This document shows positions 53,325-63,157 of a stretch of DNA of 64,000 nucleotides, one piece after another. The stretch comes from Candidatus Makaraimicrobium thalassicum (GTDB lineage: Bacteria > Omnitrophota > Gorgyraeia > Tantalellales > Tantalellaceae). The translations under genes and the position numbers were made by a program. The stretch lies in contig QNCM01000002.1 in assembly GCA_003644505.1 (NCBI GenBank), forward strand, positions 4,414 through 68,413. The letters run 5' to 3'. Under the pieces are notes generated by a model, which was not told the DNA's origin, did not search any database, and saw only the letters and a program-made list of their open reading frames with translations. Each line of letters opens with the position of its first letter. The first letter of the stretch is position 1.

Positions 53325-54632
53325 ATGAAATCAGTAAGCGTAGGACTGATAGGCCTTGGGACCATAGGCAAAGGCGTATATGATGCCATTGCACGCAACG
53401 GCCGGATGATCGCCCGGCGGACGGGCATTTCTCTTACTGTCAAAGGTGTATGTGATAAGGATAAAAAAGCACTGGACAGTATCAATGACGAAAAGTGCCC
53501 TGTCAAGATAAAGACGGCAGCCGCAGAGGACCTCGTCAATGACAGGGATATCGACATTATCGTCGAACTCATCGGCGGGCTGGACCCGGCCAGGGATATT
53601 ATATTAAGCGCTCTGCGGAATAAAAAGCACGTTGTTACCGCGAATAAAGCGCTGCTTTCCAGTCACTGGAAGGAAATTTTTGGCACTGCGTCTGAAAACA
53701 GGGTATTTGTGAAGTTTGAGGCCAGTGTGGGCGGGGCTATCCCCATTATCAGGACCTTGCGCGCGAGTCTTGCGGCGGATAACATAGATGTCATCTACGG
53801 TATTTTGAACGGGACGACGAATTTTATATTGAGCGAGATGTCGGAGAACGGCTGTTCCTTCGACAGGGCACTCGGGATAGCGCAGGAGAAGGGTATCGCT
53901 GAAAGAGATCCGGAGCTCGATATAAGCGGACGGGACAGTGCCCATAAACTGGCGATACTTTCGCTGCTCGGTTTTGGCCTGGATGTTTCTCCTGAGGATA
54001 TTTATACGGAAGGCATCGCGGATATAGCCCCGCAGGACATCCGAAACGCGGCCAGGTGGGGTTACAGCGTCAAGCTTCTCGCTATCGCGAAAAATACGCC
54101 CGAAGGGCTGCAGCTGAGGGTCCATCCCACGCTGCTCCCGTCGTCATATCTTCTTTCGGATGTCAGAGGGGCGGATAACGCTATTTTTGTCAAGGGGGAT
54201 CTTGCCGGAGAGTCTCTTCTTTTCGGTAAGGGCGCTGGAAGAAAACCCACTTCGAGTTCGGTCACCGGCGACATTGTTGAGATAGCCAGGCACGTTGCGT
54301 TTGCCGGCAAAGAGAACCCGTTCCCTTATAATTTGAATTATGCTTCCGGGGATAAAAGCATCAGCCGGATCGAGGAGTTATCTGTTTCATTTTATTTGAG
54401 GTTTTCCGTCATTGATGAACCCGGCGTCCTGGCAGGCATATCATCGGTCCTCGCGGAAAACAACATCAGTATTGCCAATGTCTCACAGGAAGAGCGGAGG
54501 GAGGGGGAGACGGTCCCTGTGATAATACTGACCCACAGGGCTGAAGAAGGCAGCATGCGCAAAGCTATTGCTGTGATAGACGGGCTGGACTATGTAAGTG
54601 ATAAGACGGTAGTTCTCAGGATCGAGGAATAA
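53325..54632 (+). CDS. hom: Homoserine dehydrogenase with C-terminal ACT domain
   Basis: GLIGLGTIG, VVTANKA, FEASVGGAIP, GILNGTTN and DEPGVLA. Start moved to ATG 53325 after RBS agagga. Confidence 0.96.
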   Translation: MKSVSVGLIGLGTIGKGVYDAIARNGRMIARRTGISLTVKGVCDKDKKALDSINDEKCPVKIKTAAAEDLVNDRDIDIIVELIGGLDPARDIILSALRNKKHVVTANKALLSSHWKEIFGTASENRVFVKFEASVGGAIPIIRTLRASLAADNIDVIYGILNGTTNFILSEMSENGCSFDRALGIAQEKGIAERDPELDISGRDSAHKLAILSLLGFGLDVSPEDIYTEGIADIAPQDIRNAARWGYSVKLLAIAKNTPEGLQLRVHPTLLPSSYLLSDVRGADNAIFVKGDLAGESLLFGKGAGRKPTSSSVTGDIVEIARHVAFAGKENPFPYNLNYASGDKSISRIEELSVSFYLRFSVIDEPGVLAGISSVLAENNISIANVSQEERREGETVPVIILTHRAEEGSMRKAIAVIDGLDYVSDKTVVLRIEE

Positions 54633-54633
54633 C

Positions 54634-55698
54634 ATGGGAGTTATAGAACAATACAGGGAATATCTTCCGATTAATCAAAACACGCCGATTATAAGTCTGG
54701 AAGAAGGCAATACCCCGCTTATTAAGGCTGACCCTATTGCGGAGACCATAGGCCCCGGCTATAACGTATGGCTGAAATACGAGGGGCTTAATCCGACAGG
54801 CAGTTTTAAGGACAGGGGGATGACGGTTGCCGTCTCCAAGGCAGTGGAAGAAGGCGTCCATGCCGTTGCCTGCGCTTCTACGGGAAACACCTCCGCTTCA
54901 GCGGCGGCATACTCGGTACGGGCGAAGATAAAGTGTATTGTAGTTATCCCTGAGGGGGCGATAGCCCTCGGCAAACTGGCTCAGGCGCTTATACACGGAG
55001 CCTGTGTGATAGCCGTAAGAGGAAATTTTGATGAGGCGCTGAGTATAGTTCTGGAGTTAACCGGCAAATACCCGGTAACCCTTGTTAACTCGATCAATCC
55101 TTACAGGATAGAAGGGCAGAAGACGGCTTCTTTCGAGATATGTGACCGCCTGGGGCACGCGCCTGATTATCATGCCCTGCCCGTGGGTAATGCCGGGAAC
55201 ATCACGGCTTACTGGAAAGGGTACAGCGAATATAAGGAGCGGGGCAGGATAGACACGCGGCCGAAGATGCTCGGTTTTCAGGCAGCCGGTTCGGCGCCCA
55301 TAGTGGAGAAACGCGTTATAAAAGATCCCAAGACACTGGCTACCGCGATAAAAATAGGCAACCCGGCAAGCTGGAAGCAGGCCGAGGAGGCCCGGGATCG
55401 ATCCGGAGGGGTTATTGAAAAGGTCACTGATGATGAGATCATCGAGGCATACAAGCTGCTGGCCGACAAGGTGGGTGTGTTTGTCGAGCCGGCGTCAGCG
55501 GCCAGTGTGGCGGGTATCCTGAAAAAAGCGAAAGAGGGATATTTTCCCCCGAATGCTCCGTCTTCCCCGGAAAAGGACATTGTTTGTGTGCTGACCGGAC
55601 ATGGGCTGAAGGATCCTGAAAGGGCCATAAAATGTCTGGAGCATCCTGTGGTCGTGGATGCGAATCTGGAAGACGTGGTCAGGGAGGCAGGTCTGTAG
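54634..55698 (+). CDS. thrC: Threonine synthase
   Basis: EGLNPTGSFKDRG, CASTGNTSAS, PVGNAGN and LTGHGLKDP. Confidence 0.96.
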   Translation: MGVIEQYREYLPINQNTPIISLEEGNTPLIKADPIAETIGPGYNVWLKYEGLNPTGSFKDRGMTVAVSKAVEEGVHAVACASTGNTSASAAAYSVRAKIKCIVVIPEGAIALGKLAQALIHGACVIAVRGNFDEALSIVLELTGKYPVTLVNSINPYRIEGQKTASFEICDRLGHAPDYHALPVGNAGNITAYWKGYSEYKERGRIDTRPKMLGFQAAGSAPIVEKRVIKDPKTLATAIKIGNPASWKQAEEARDRSGGVIEKVTDDEIIEAYKLLADKVGVFVEPASAASVAGILKKAKEGYFPPNAPSSPEKDIVCVLTGHGLKDPERAIKCLEHPVVVDANLEDVVREAGL

Positions 55699-55701
55699 GA
55701 T

Positions 55702-56907
55702 ATGAAGTACATTGTGCTTGTGCCTGACGGGATGGCGGATACTCCCCTTAAGGAGCTTAATGACCGCACCTGTATGGAGGCGGCTAACGCGCCCAATATG
55801 GACATGATCGCGAGGAAGGGTGTCGTTGGTATGGTCAAGAACATTCCCAGGGGGATGACACCTGCCAGTGATGTTGCAAACCTTTCCATACTGGGATACG
55901 CGCCGCAGGAATATTATTGCGGACGCGGACCCCTGGAAGCCGCCAATCTCGGCGTGGATCTTACTGAGAGCGATGTGGCTTTCCGGTTTAATACGGTGAC
56001 AGTGGCCGCCGACAGGATGGTCGATTACAGCGCAGGCCATATCACGACGAAAGAGACGTCCATCCTGGTGGACCAGCTGGACAGGGAACTCGGTAACGAA
56101 ATGTACCGGTTCTATGCCGGGACGAGTTACCGTAACCTGCTGGTGGCGCATTGCGATTCTCCGGAAGAAGCGGACCGGCTGTCAAAGGTGCGATGTTACC
56201 CTCCGCACGATATACTGGATAAGTCGGTTTCCAGGCATCTGCCGAAGCACCGCGGGCTGGTCGGATTGATGGAACGTTCAAAAGGCATACTGGAGGGTCA
56301 TGATATCAACAGGGTGCGGATCGATCTGGGGCAGAATCCCGCTAACATGATATGGATCTGGGGCCAGGGGAAGAAACCCGACATGCCCGGATTTGAGGAC
56401 GCTTACGGGATCTCCGGCGGCATGATATCCGCGGTGGACCTGCTTAAGGGATTGGGGCATATACTCGGGCTTGAGGTTGGCGAAGTCCCCGGCGCGACAG
56501 GGTATTACGATACAGATTATGAAGGCAAGGCCCGGGCGGCCCTGGATATACTTCAGCGAAGAGACATGGTCTTTGTTCATGTTGAGGCCCCTGACGAGGC
56601 GGGGCACAACGGCGAGGTCATGGAGAAAATAAAGGCGATAGAAAATTTTGACAGGAAGATCACGGGCAGGATCATCGGGGAACTTTCTGAAAGGAAATGC
56701 GATTACAGGGTATTGATCCTGCCGGATCATCCTACGCCGGTAAAGAAGAGGACCCATACATCCGATCCGGTGCCCTTTGCGATCGCCGGTAAAGGAGTCG
56801 TCCCCGATAATGTCACAGTATTCACTGAAAAAGCGGCAAAGGCAGGGAGTATGGCGGTGAATCAGGGATCGGAGCTGATGAGGTTCCTGCTGACGCTCGA
56901 GGCATAG
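55702..56907 (+). CDS. ApgM-family cofactor-independent phosphoglycerate mutase-like protein (possible homoserine kinase role)
   Basis: PDGMAD, SDVANLSILGY, GRGPLEA, HVEAPDEAGH, PDHPTP and THTSDPVP. Confidence 0.88.
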   Translation: MKYIVLVPDGMADTPLKELNDRTCMEAANAPNMDMIARKGVVGMVKNIPRGMTPASDVANLSILGYAPQEYYCGRGPLEAANLGVDLTESDVAFRFNTVTVAADRMVDYSAGHITTKETSILVDQLDRELGNEMYRFYAGTSYRNLLVAHCDSPEEADRLSKVRCYPPHDILDKSVSRHLPKHRGLVGLMERSKGILEGHDINRVRIDLGQNPANMIWIWGQGKKPDMPGFEDAYGISGGMISAVDLLKGLGHILGLEVGEVPGATGYYDTDYEGKARAALDILQRRDMVFVHVEAPDEAGHNGEVMEKIKAIENFDRKITGRIIGELSERKCDYRVLILPDHPTPVKKRTHTSDPVPFAIAGKGVVPDNVTVFTEKAAKAGSMAVNQGSELMRFLLTLEA

Positions 56908-56923
56908 CAGGCTGTGAGGAGTA

Positions 56924-58171
56924 ATGGCTAAAAAAGGTATCATAGTGCAAAAATACGGCGGGACCAGTGTGGCTAACCCGAAGAGGATCATGGGAGTGGC
57001 CGGGAGGGTTGCCGCATGTAAAAAGAAGGGGTACGACGTAGTTGTCGTGGTTTCAGCCCTCGGGGATACGACTAACGAGCTGCTGGATTTGGCCTCTCAG
57101 ATCAGCAGGAGGCCGCCGGAAAGGGAACTTGATGTGCTTATGTCGACCGGTGAGCAGGTTTCAGTGGCACTTCTGGCCATGGCTCTGGATAAACTCGGGG
57201 AAGAGGCCATTTCCTTCACCGGTGCCCAGGTGGGTATTGTTACTGATTCGTCTCACACGAAAGCGAAGATTCTGGATGTCAGCACGGGCAGGATCAAAAA
57301 ACAGCTGAAAAACGGCAGGATAGTCATTATTGCCGGATTCCAGGGGGTCAATCTGGATCAGGAGATCACGACTCTTGGAAGAGGAGGGTCGGATATGACA
57401 GCCGTGGCCCTGGCAAAGGTTTTAAAAGCAGAGATGTGTGAGATATATACGGATGTTAAAGGCATTTATACGGCTGATCCCGGGGTAGTCCGGGATGCCC
57501 GTAAACTTGACAGCATAAGTTATGAGGAGATGCTGGAAATGGCATCTCTCGGAGCTCAGGTTATTCAGGCAAGAAGCATGGAGGTCGCCGGTAAATTTAA
57601 TATCCCGGTGCATGTGCGTTCAAGCTTTTCTTATGACAAAGGGACTCTGATAACCAAGGAGGTCAGGGACATGGAAGATGTCTTGGTGTGCGGCGTTACC
57701 GCGAACAAGAATGAGGCGAAAGTTACCGTGTGTGACGTTCCGGACAAACCGGGAGAAGCCAGCAGGATATTCGAACGGCTGGCCAAAGCTGATGTCAACA
57801 TAGACATGATCATACAGAATGTATCCCGCACAAAATTAACGGATATCTCTTTTACCGTGGAGAAAGATGACCTGTACAAAACCCAGGATGTGGTAAAAAA
57901 GATCGCCGGGGAGATCGGCGCCAGGGGCGTCAGGTATGACAAGGACATAGCCAAGGTATCGGTTGTCGGGATAGGCATGCGCAGTCATTCGGGTGTCGCG
58001 GCAAAGATGTTCGGCGTGCTTGCGTCGGAAAAGATCAACATAGAGATGATCTCTACAAGCGAGATCAAGATATCCTGTGTTGTTGAAAAAAAGCGCGCCG
58101 ATAAGGCCGTAAGGGCGCTTCACAGGGCGTTCGGTTTGGGGAAAAAGGTGAAGAAAAAGAGGTCAGGATGA
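56924..58171 (+). CDS. lysC: Aspartate kinase
   Basis: VQKYGGTSV, VVVSALG, TTLGRGGSD, YTDVKG and tandem ACT domains ending STSEIKIS. Confidence 0.96.
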   Translation: MAKKGIIVQKYGGTSVANPKRIMGVAGRVAACKKKGYDVVVVVSALGDTTNELLDLASQISRRPPERELDVLMSTGEQVSVALLAMALDKLGEEAISFTGAQVGIVTDSSHTKAKILDVSTGRIKKQLKNGRIVIIAGFQGVNLDQEITTLGRGGSDMTAVALAKVLKAEMCEIYTDVKGIYTADPGVVRDARKLDSISYEEMLEMASLGAQVIQARSMEVAGKFNIPVHVRSSFSYDKGTLITKEVRDMEDVLVCGVTANKNEAKVTVCDVPDKPGEASRIFERLAKADVNIDMIIQNVSRTKLTDISFTVEKDDLYKTQDVVKKIAGEIGARGVRYDKDIAKVSVVGIGMRSHSGVAAKMFGVLASEKINIEMISTSEIKISCVVEKKRADKAVRALHRAFGLGKKVKKKRSG

Positions 58172-59748
58172 AAAAAGTCTATATTTACGATACCACGCTG
58201 AGGGACGGTGCCCAGTCCGAAGGGATATCTTTTTCAGTAAAAGACAAGATACGGATCGCGCAAAGGCTTGATGAACTCGGTGTAGATTTTGTCGAGGGCG
58301 GCTGGCCGGGATCAAACCCAAAGGATGACGAATTTTTCAGGGAGGCTCCCCTGCAGCTGAAGATGAAAAAGGCCAAACTTGTGGCGTTCGGCAGCACGCG
58401 AAGGGCCGGTAGAAAGACAGCTTCGGATCCGGTCATCAAGGGTCTGCTCAATGCCCGGACGAAATATTTGACGATATTCGGGAAGAGCTGGGATCTGCAT
58501 GTAAAAGCGGTTTTAAGGACGACACTCAAGGAAAATCTCAGGATGATCGAAGATTCCGTCAGGTATCTTAAAAAAAGAGGGCGCCGGGTGATCTTTGATG
58601 CCGAGCATTTCTTCGACGGATACAGAGAAAACGCGGGATACGCCATGGATACGCTGAAAGCGGCATGTGACGGCGGGGCGGAGGTTGTAGTGCTCTGCGA
58701 TACGAACGGAGGCGCCCTTACAGACCAGGTTTTTGAGATTGTCGAGGAAACAGCCGGAAAAGTCAAAATTCCTCTGGGTATCCACGTCCACAATGACGCC
58801 GATATGGCGGTAGCCAACTCCATCGCGGCGGTGCAGGCAGGCTGCAACCATGTCCAGGGAACATTCAACGGGTATGGGGAGAGATGCGGGAACGCAAACC
58901 TCGTATCCATCATGCCCACGCTGAAATTCAAGCTGGGAATGGACTGTCTTCCCGAATTCGCGTTCAAGGAATTGACGGAAGCATCCAGGTATATAGCGGA
59001 GATCTCGAACGTCAGGCAGCTGGACGCGCAGCCGTACGTCGGCAAAAGCGCCTTTGCCCATAAAGCGGGTGTCCATGTGAACGCTATCCTGAAGAACAGC
59101 AGGACATATGAGCATATAGCTCCGGAAAAGGTCGGCAACATGCGGAGGATGATTATTTCCGAACTTTCCGGCAAGTCGAGCATAATGAAGAGGGCCGGAG
59201 ACCTGGGATACAGGATAAAAAAAACATCCGAAAAAGCCGGAAAGATACTGTCACACGTGCAGGATCTGGAAAAAAAAGGATACCAGTTCGAGCTGGCAGA
59301 AGCATCGCTTTCGCTTTTGATGCGCAGAGCCTCCGAAGTCTTTAAAAAATATTTTGAGATGAAAGAGTTCAGGGTCATTGTCGAAAAACGGGGCGACGGT
59401 CCGGTCATCTCAGAAGCTACGATAAAAGTTGAGATCGGCGGTAAATCCAGGCATACTGTTTCACTCGGGGACGGTCCTGTCCATGCCCTTGACCGGGCAC
59501 TCCGGAAGTCCCTGATAGGACTATATCCGTCTTTAAAGGAAATGCACCTTTCGGATTTCAGGGTCCGGGTGCTTGACGAAAAGGCAGCTACCGCGGCCAG
59601 GGTCCGGGTCCTTATCCAGTCCCAGGATAAGAGCGATTCGTGGTGGACTGTCGGTGTTTCCGAGAACATCATAGAAGCAAGCTGGCTGGCCCTCAAGGAT
59701 TCTTTCGAATACAAATTCGTGAAAGACCAGAAGAAGAAGCGGAAATGA
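58168..59748 (+). CDS. cimA: Citramalate synthase (LeuA/CimA family)
   Basis: YDTTLRDGAQSEG, EGGWPGSNPKD, FDAEHFFDG, LCDTNGG and GERCGNAN. Confidence 0.9.
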   Translation: MKKVYIYDTTLRDGAQSEGISFSVKDKIRIAQRLDELGVDFVEGGWPGSNPKDDEFFREAPLQLKMKKAKLVAFGSTRRAGRKTASDPVIKGLLNARTKYLTIFGKSWDLHVKAVLRTTLKENLRMIEDSVRYLKKRGRRVIFDAEHFFDGYRENAGYAMDTLKAACDGGAEVVVLCDTNGGALTDQVFEIVEETAGKVKIPLGIHVHNDADMAVANSIAAVQAGCNHVQGTFNGYGERCGNANLVSIMPTLKFKLGMDCLPEFAFKELTEASRYIAEISNVRQLDAQPYVGKSAFAHKAGVHVNAILKNSRTYEHIAPEKVGNMRRMIISELSGKSSIMKRAGDLGYRIKKTSEKAGKILSHVQDLEKKGYQFELAEASLSLLMRRASEVFKKYFEMKEFRVIVEKRGDGPVISEATIKVEIGGKSRHTVSLGDGPVHALDRALRKSLIGLYPSLKEMHLSDFRVRVLDEKAATAARVRVLIQSQDKSDSWWTVGVSENIIEASWLALKDSFEYKFVKDQKKKRK

Positions 59749-62435
59749 AAGATATCCCTATCCGGTATGATCCCCAGAAAAAAGAGGAGGAGATCTACGC
59801 TGCATGGTCCCGGGAAAACCTTTTCCATGCCGATGAAGACACCGCCCGCACGCCCTACGCTATTGTGATCCCCCCTCCCAATATAACGGGGATCCTCCAT
59901 ATGGGGCACGCCCTTAATAACACTATACAGGACATACTTATCCGGTGGAAACGTATGGAAGGCTTTGAAACGCTCTGGATGCCGGGCACGGATCACGCCG
60001 GTATAGCGACCCAGAATGTCGTTGAACGCGAACTCGCGGGAGAGGGGCTGAAGAGAGAGGAGATAGGCCGGGAGAAATTCCTGGAGAAGATCTGGCAGTG
60101 GAAAGAGGAGTACGGCAGTACCATTATTCGCCAGTTGAAGCGGCTGGGATGTTCCTGTGACTGGGAACGGACGCGTTTTACCATGGATGGAGGCCTTTCC
60201 ATGGCGGTCAGAGAGGTCTTTGGGCGTTTATACAGTGACGGGCTTATCTATAAAGGGGGCTATATCATCAACTGGTGCCCGCGCTGCGCCACAGCCCTCA
60301 GCGATGAGGAAGCCGAGCACCGCGAAGTCGAAGGGATGCTCTATTATATAAAGTATCCGGTCATGGGCAGGGATAAGCTGGAGAAGGAGAACGAAGACTA
60401 TCTTGTGGTGGCAACCACCCGTCCCGAGACCATGCTGGGAGATGTGGCCGTGGCAGTTAATCCCAAAGATCCGCGCTATTCGGGTCTTGAGGGCAAGACG
60501 CTGGTCCTGCCCATTATTAAGAGGGAGTTGAGGATAATATTTGACGAGGATGTGGATCCGGAGTTCGGGACAGGGGCGCTCAAGGTCACGCCTGCCCATG
60601 ACCCCGTGGATTTTGAACTCGGCGCCAGGCACGGGCTGGAAAGTATAAACGTAATGCATCCTGACGGGAGGATAAACGCTCTCGGCGGTGATTACAAAGG
60701 GATGGACCGGTTCGAATGCCGTGAGGCGATAGTCGAGGACCTGAAACAGAGAAAGCTTTTCATAAAGACGGAAAAACATGTTCATGCGGTCGGACACTGT
60801 TACCGTTGTCACACTGTCGTGGAACCCCGCCTTTCCAAACAATGGTTCGTGAAGATGAAACCGCTGGCGATAGAGGCGATCAAGGTAGTCAAAGAGGGAA
60901 GGATCACGTTTTATCCTTCCCGCTGGACAAAGGTATACCTGAACTGGATGGAGAATATCCGCCCCTGGTGTATCTCCCGCCAGATATGGTGGGGGCATCG
61001 TATCCCTGTATGGTATTGCAGGGATTGCCTGAAGTATGAGAATGTCCGCGATGTAGATGTAAAGGGCCCGGGGAAACGCGGCGTCTGTGTCAGCATGGAA
61101 AAACCGGATAAGTGTCCTGTGTGCGGGGGGACGGATATGGAACAGGATCCGGACGTGCTGGACACATGGTTCAGTTCCTGGCTGTGGCCTTTTTCCACTT
61201 TAGGCTGGCCTGAAGATACCGGAGAGTTGAGGACGTTCTATCCCACGGACGCGCTGGTCACCGCGCAGGAGATCATATTTTTCTGGGTCGCCAGGATGAT
61301 AATGGCAGGTTTGAGATTCCGGGAGGACATACCCTTCAGGGATGTCTATATCCACGGGACGGTGCGCGACACGACAGGGACCAAGATGTCGAAATCACTT
61401 GGTAACGTCATAGATCCACTTGACATCATACGGGAGGTAGGCAGCGACGCTCTGCGTTTCAGTATCATCTCGATAACTTCCCAGGGACAGGACGTCTTTT
61501 TGTCTAAAGAAAAATTCGAACTGGGACGGAATTTTGCGAATAAGTTATGGAACGCTTCACGGTATGTCCTGATGAACTTAGAAGGATCCGCCCCGGATGA
61601 AGAGATCAGTGAAGGCGACCTGACCCTTGCCGACCGCTGGATACTGAGCTCTTTTAACAGGACGGCGGAAAAGGTCACAAAAAGCCTCAAGGCATACAGG
61701 TTCAACGATGCCGCCTCCGCGCTGTATGATTTTATATGGCATAAATACTGCGATTGGTATCTGGAGCTCTCCAAGTTTTCCGGCAGTAAAGGGGCCACAC
61801 AGAAGATACTGGTGAAGGTCCTTAAGGGCTTCCTGCGTCTCCTGCATCCGTTCATGCCCTTTATAACCGAGGAGATATGGCAGAAGATACCGGGAGAAAA
61901 GCACAAATGGATAATGACGGCAAGCTGGCCGGGACCCGAGAAAAAATACGATAACGCCAAAGCGGCCGGTGACATGGAAAAGCTGATCGGAGTTATTACC
62001 GCTGTCCGCAATGTCAGGGCATTCTGGAATATCGGACACGCCGCGGGGATCGACGTTCTGTTAAACGTGAAGGGGCGGGAGGATAGAGAACTGCTGGAGG
62101 AAAACGTCCGTTATATCGAGCAGATGGCCCGCTGCAGCGTCCGGGGCATAGAGAAGGACATCCCCAGGCCTGACCGCTCTGTCGCGGCGCTGGTCGAGGG
62201 GATAAGATTGTTTGTGCCTCTGGGCGGAGCCGTGGATATAGAAAAGGAAAGAACGCGTGTAAACAAAAAGATCGAAGATTTACAGCGCTATCTTAACGGT
62301 ATTGATAAAAAGCTCAAGAACAAGGCATTCGTGGAAAAAGCGCCCGAAGATGTCGTCCGGAAGGAAGAAGCGAGGAGACAGAAATTCGATGAACAGGTGA
62401 AGACCCTGAAGGATAACCTGGGTGCGCTTAAATGA
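59745..62435 (+). CDS. valS: Valine--tRNA ligase
   Basis: PPPNITGILHMGH, WCISRQIWWGH, DVLDTWFSS, KMSKS and a C-terminal coiled coil. Start at ATG 59745, overlapping the cimA stop. Confidence 0.98.
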   Translation: MKDIPIRYDPQKKEEEIYAAWSRENLFHADEDTARTPYAIVIPPPNITGILHMGHALNNTIQDILIRWKRMEGFETLWMPGTDHAGIATQNVVERELAGEGLKREEIGREKFLEKIWQWKEEYGSTIIRQLKRLGCSCDWERTRFTMDGGLSMAVREVFGRLYSDGLIYKGGYIINWCPRCATALSDEEAEHREVEGMLYYIKYPVMGRDKLEKENEDYLVVATTRPETMLGDVAVAVNPKDPRYSGLEGKTLVLPIIKRELRIIFDEDVDPEFGTGALKVTPAHDPVDFELGARHGLESINVMHPDGRINALGGDYKGMDRFECREAIVEDLKQRKLFIKTEKHVHAVGHCYRCHTVVEPRLSKQWFVKMKPLAIEAIKVVKEGRITFYPSRWTKVYLNWMENIRPWCISRQIWWGHRIPVWYCRDCLKYENVRDVDVKGPGKRGVCVSMEKPDKCPVCGGTDMEQDPDVLDTWFSSWLWPFSTLGWPEDTGELRTFYPTDALVTAQEIIFFWVARMIMAGLRFREDIPFRDVYIHGTVRDTTGTKMSKSLGNVIDPLDIIREVGSDALRFSIISITSQGQDVFLSKEKFELGRNFANKLWNASRYVLMNLEGSAPDEEISEGDLTLADRWILSSFNRTAEKVTKSLKAYRFNDAASALYDFIWHKYCDWYLELSKFSGSKGATQKILVKVLKGFLRLLHPFMPFITEEIWQKIPGEKHKWIMTASWPGPEKKYDNAKAAGDMEKLIGVITAVRNVRAFWNIGHAAGIDVLLNVKGREDRELLEENVRYIEQMARCSVRGIEKDIPRPDRSVAALVEGIRLFVPLGGAVDIEKERTRVNKKIEDLQRYLNGIDKKLKNKAFVEKAPEDVVRKEEARRQKFDEQVKTLKDNLGALK

Positions 62436-63151
62436 CGGCAACGACAAAGAGGCTTCAGTCGATCCTGGCCCATGCGGGTGTGGCCAGCAGGAGGCACGCG
62501 GCAGAATTTATTGCCAACGGAAGGGTCAAGGTGGACGGCCGTTCCGTTACCGAGAAGGGGCTCAGGATCGATCCTGCAAAGCACGAAATACTGGTTGACG
62601 GCCGCGCTCTTCCAAAGGAAGAAAAAAAATATTACTTTCTTTTCAACAAACCCGGGAATGTTATTTCCACCGTCAGAGATACCCACGGTCGAAAAAAAGT
62701 AACTGATTATTTTAAAGAGATAAACGCCCGCCTTTATCCCGTGGGCCGTCTGGATAAGGATACCACGGGCGCGCTGATAATGACGAATGACGGAAAACTG
62801 GCGCACAGACTTGCTCACCCCGGGTTTGAGATAGAAAAAGAATACAGGGTGACGGTCAGCCGTTGCGTCAGCCGGGATGATATCCGGAAGATCGGGAAGG
62901 GTATCGAAGTCGAAGGGAAGATTACCGCTCCGTGCGAAATAAAACTGGTGAAGAAAGACCTGAAAGCCGCGGTATACAGAGTAAAACTGCACGAAGGCCG
63001 GAAAAGACAGGTCCGGCGGATGTTCGAGGCCGCAGGCGCCGTAGTTACAGGGCTTAAACGCAGCAGGTATGCGGGCCTGACCCTCAGGGGCCTGAAACAA
63101 GGCGAGTTCAGGCCCCTTACTGAAAAAGAAGTGGCGAGATTGAGAGGTTGA
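62432..63151 (+). CDS. rRNA pseudouridine synthase (RsuA/RluB family) with S4 domain
   Basis: RLQSILAHAGVASRR, NKP, YPVGRLDKDTTG and EGRKRQVRRM. Confidence 0.93.
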   Translation: MTATTKRLQSILAHAGVASRRHAAEFIANGRVKVDGRSVTEKGLRIDPAKHEILVDGRALPKEEKKYYFLFNKPGNVISTVRDTHGRKKVTDYFKEINARLYPVGRLDKDTTGALIMTNDGKLAHRLAHPGFEIEKEYRVTVSRCVSRDDIRKIGKGIEVEGKITAPCEIKLVKKDLKAAVYRVKLHEGRKRQVRRMFEAAGAVVTGLKRSRYAGLTLRGLKQGEFRPLTEKEVARLRG

Positions 63152-63157
63152 AGCATC

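Noticed and set aside
59640-59744. Upstream extension of valS
   Set aside because: It overlaps the cimA coding region; ATG 59745 gives a typical ValS N-terminus with translational coupling
58185-59996. 603-aa minus-strand ORF
   Set aside because: Antisense shadow of cimA and the start of valS; Ser/Phe-rich with no motifs
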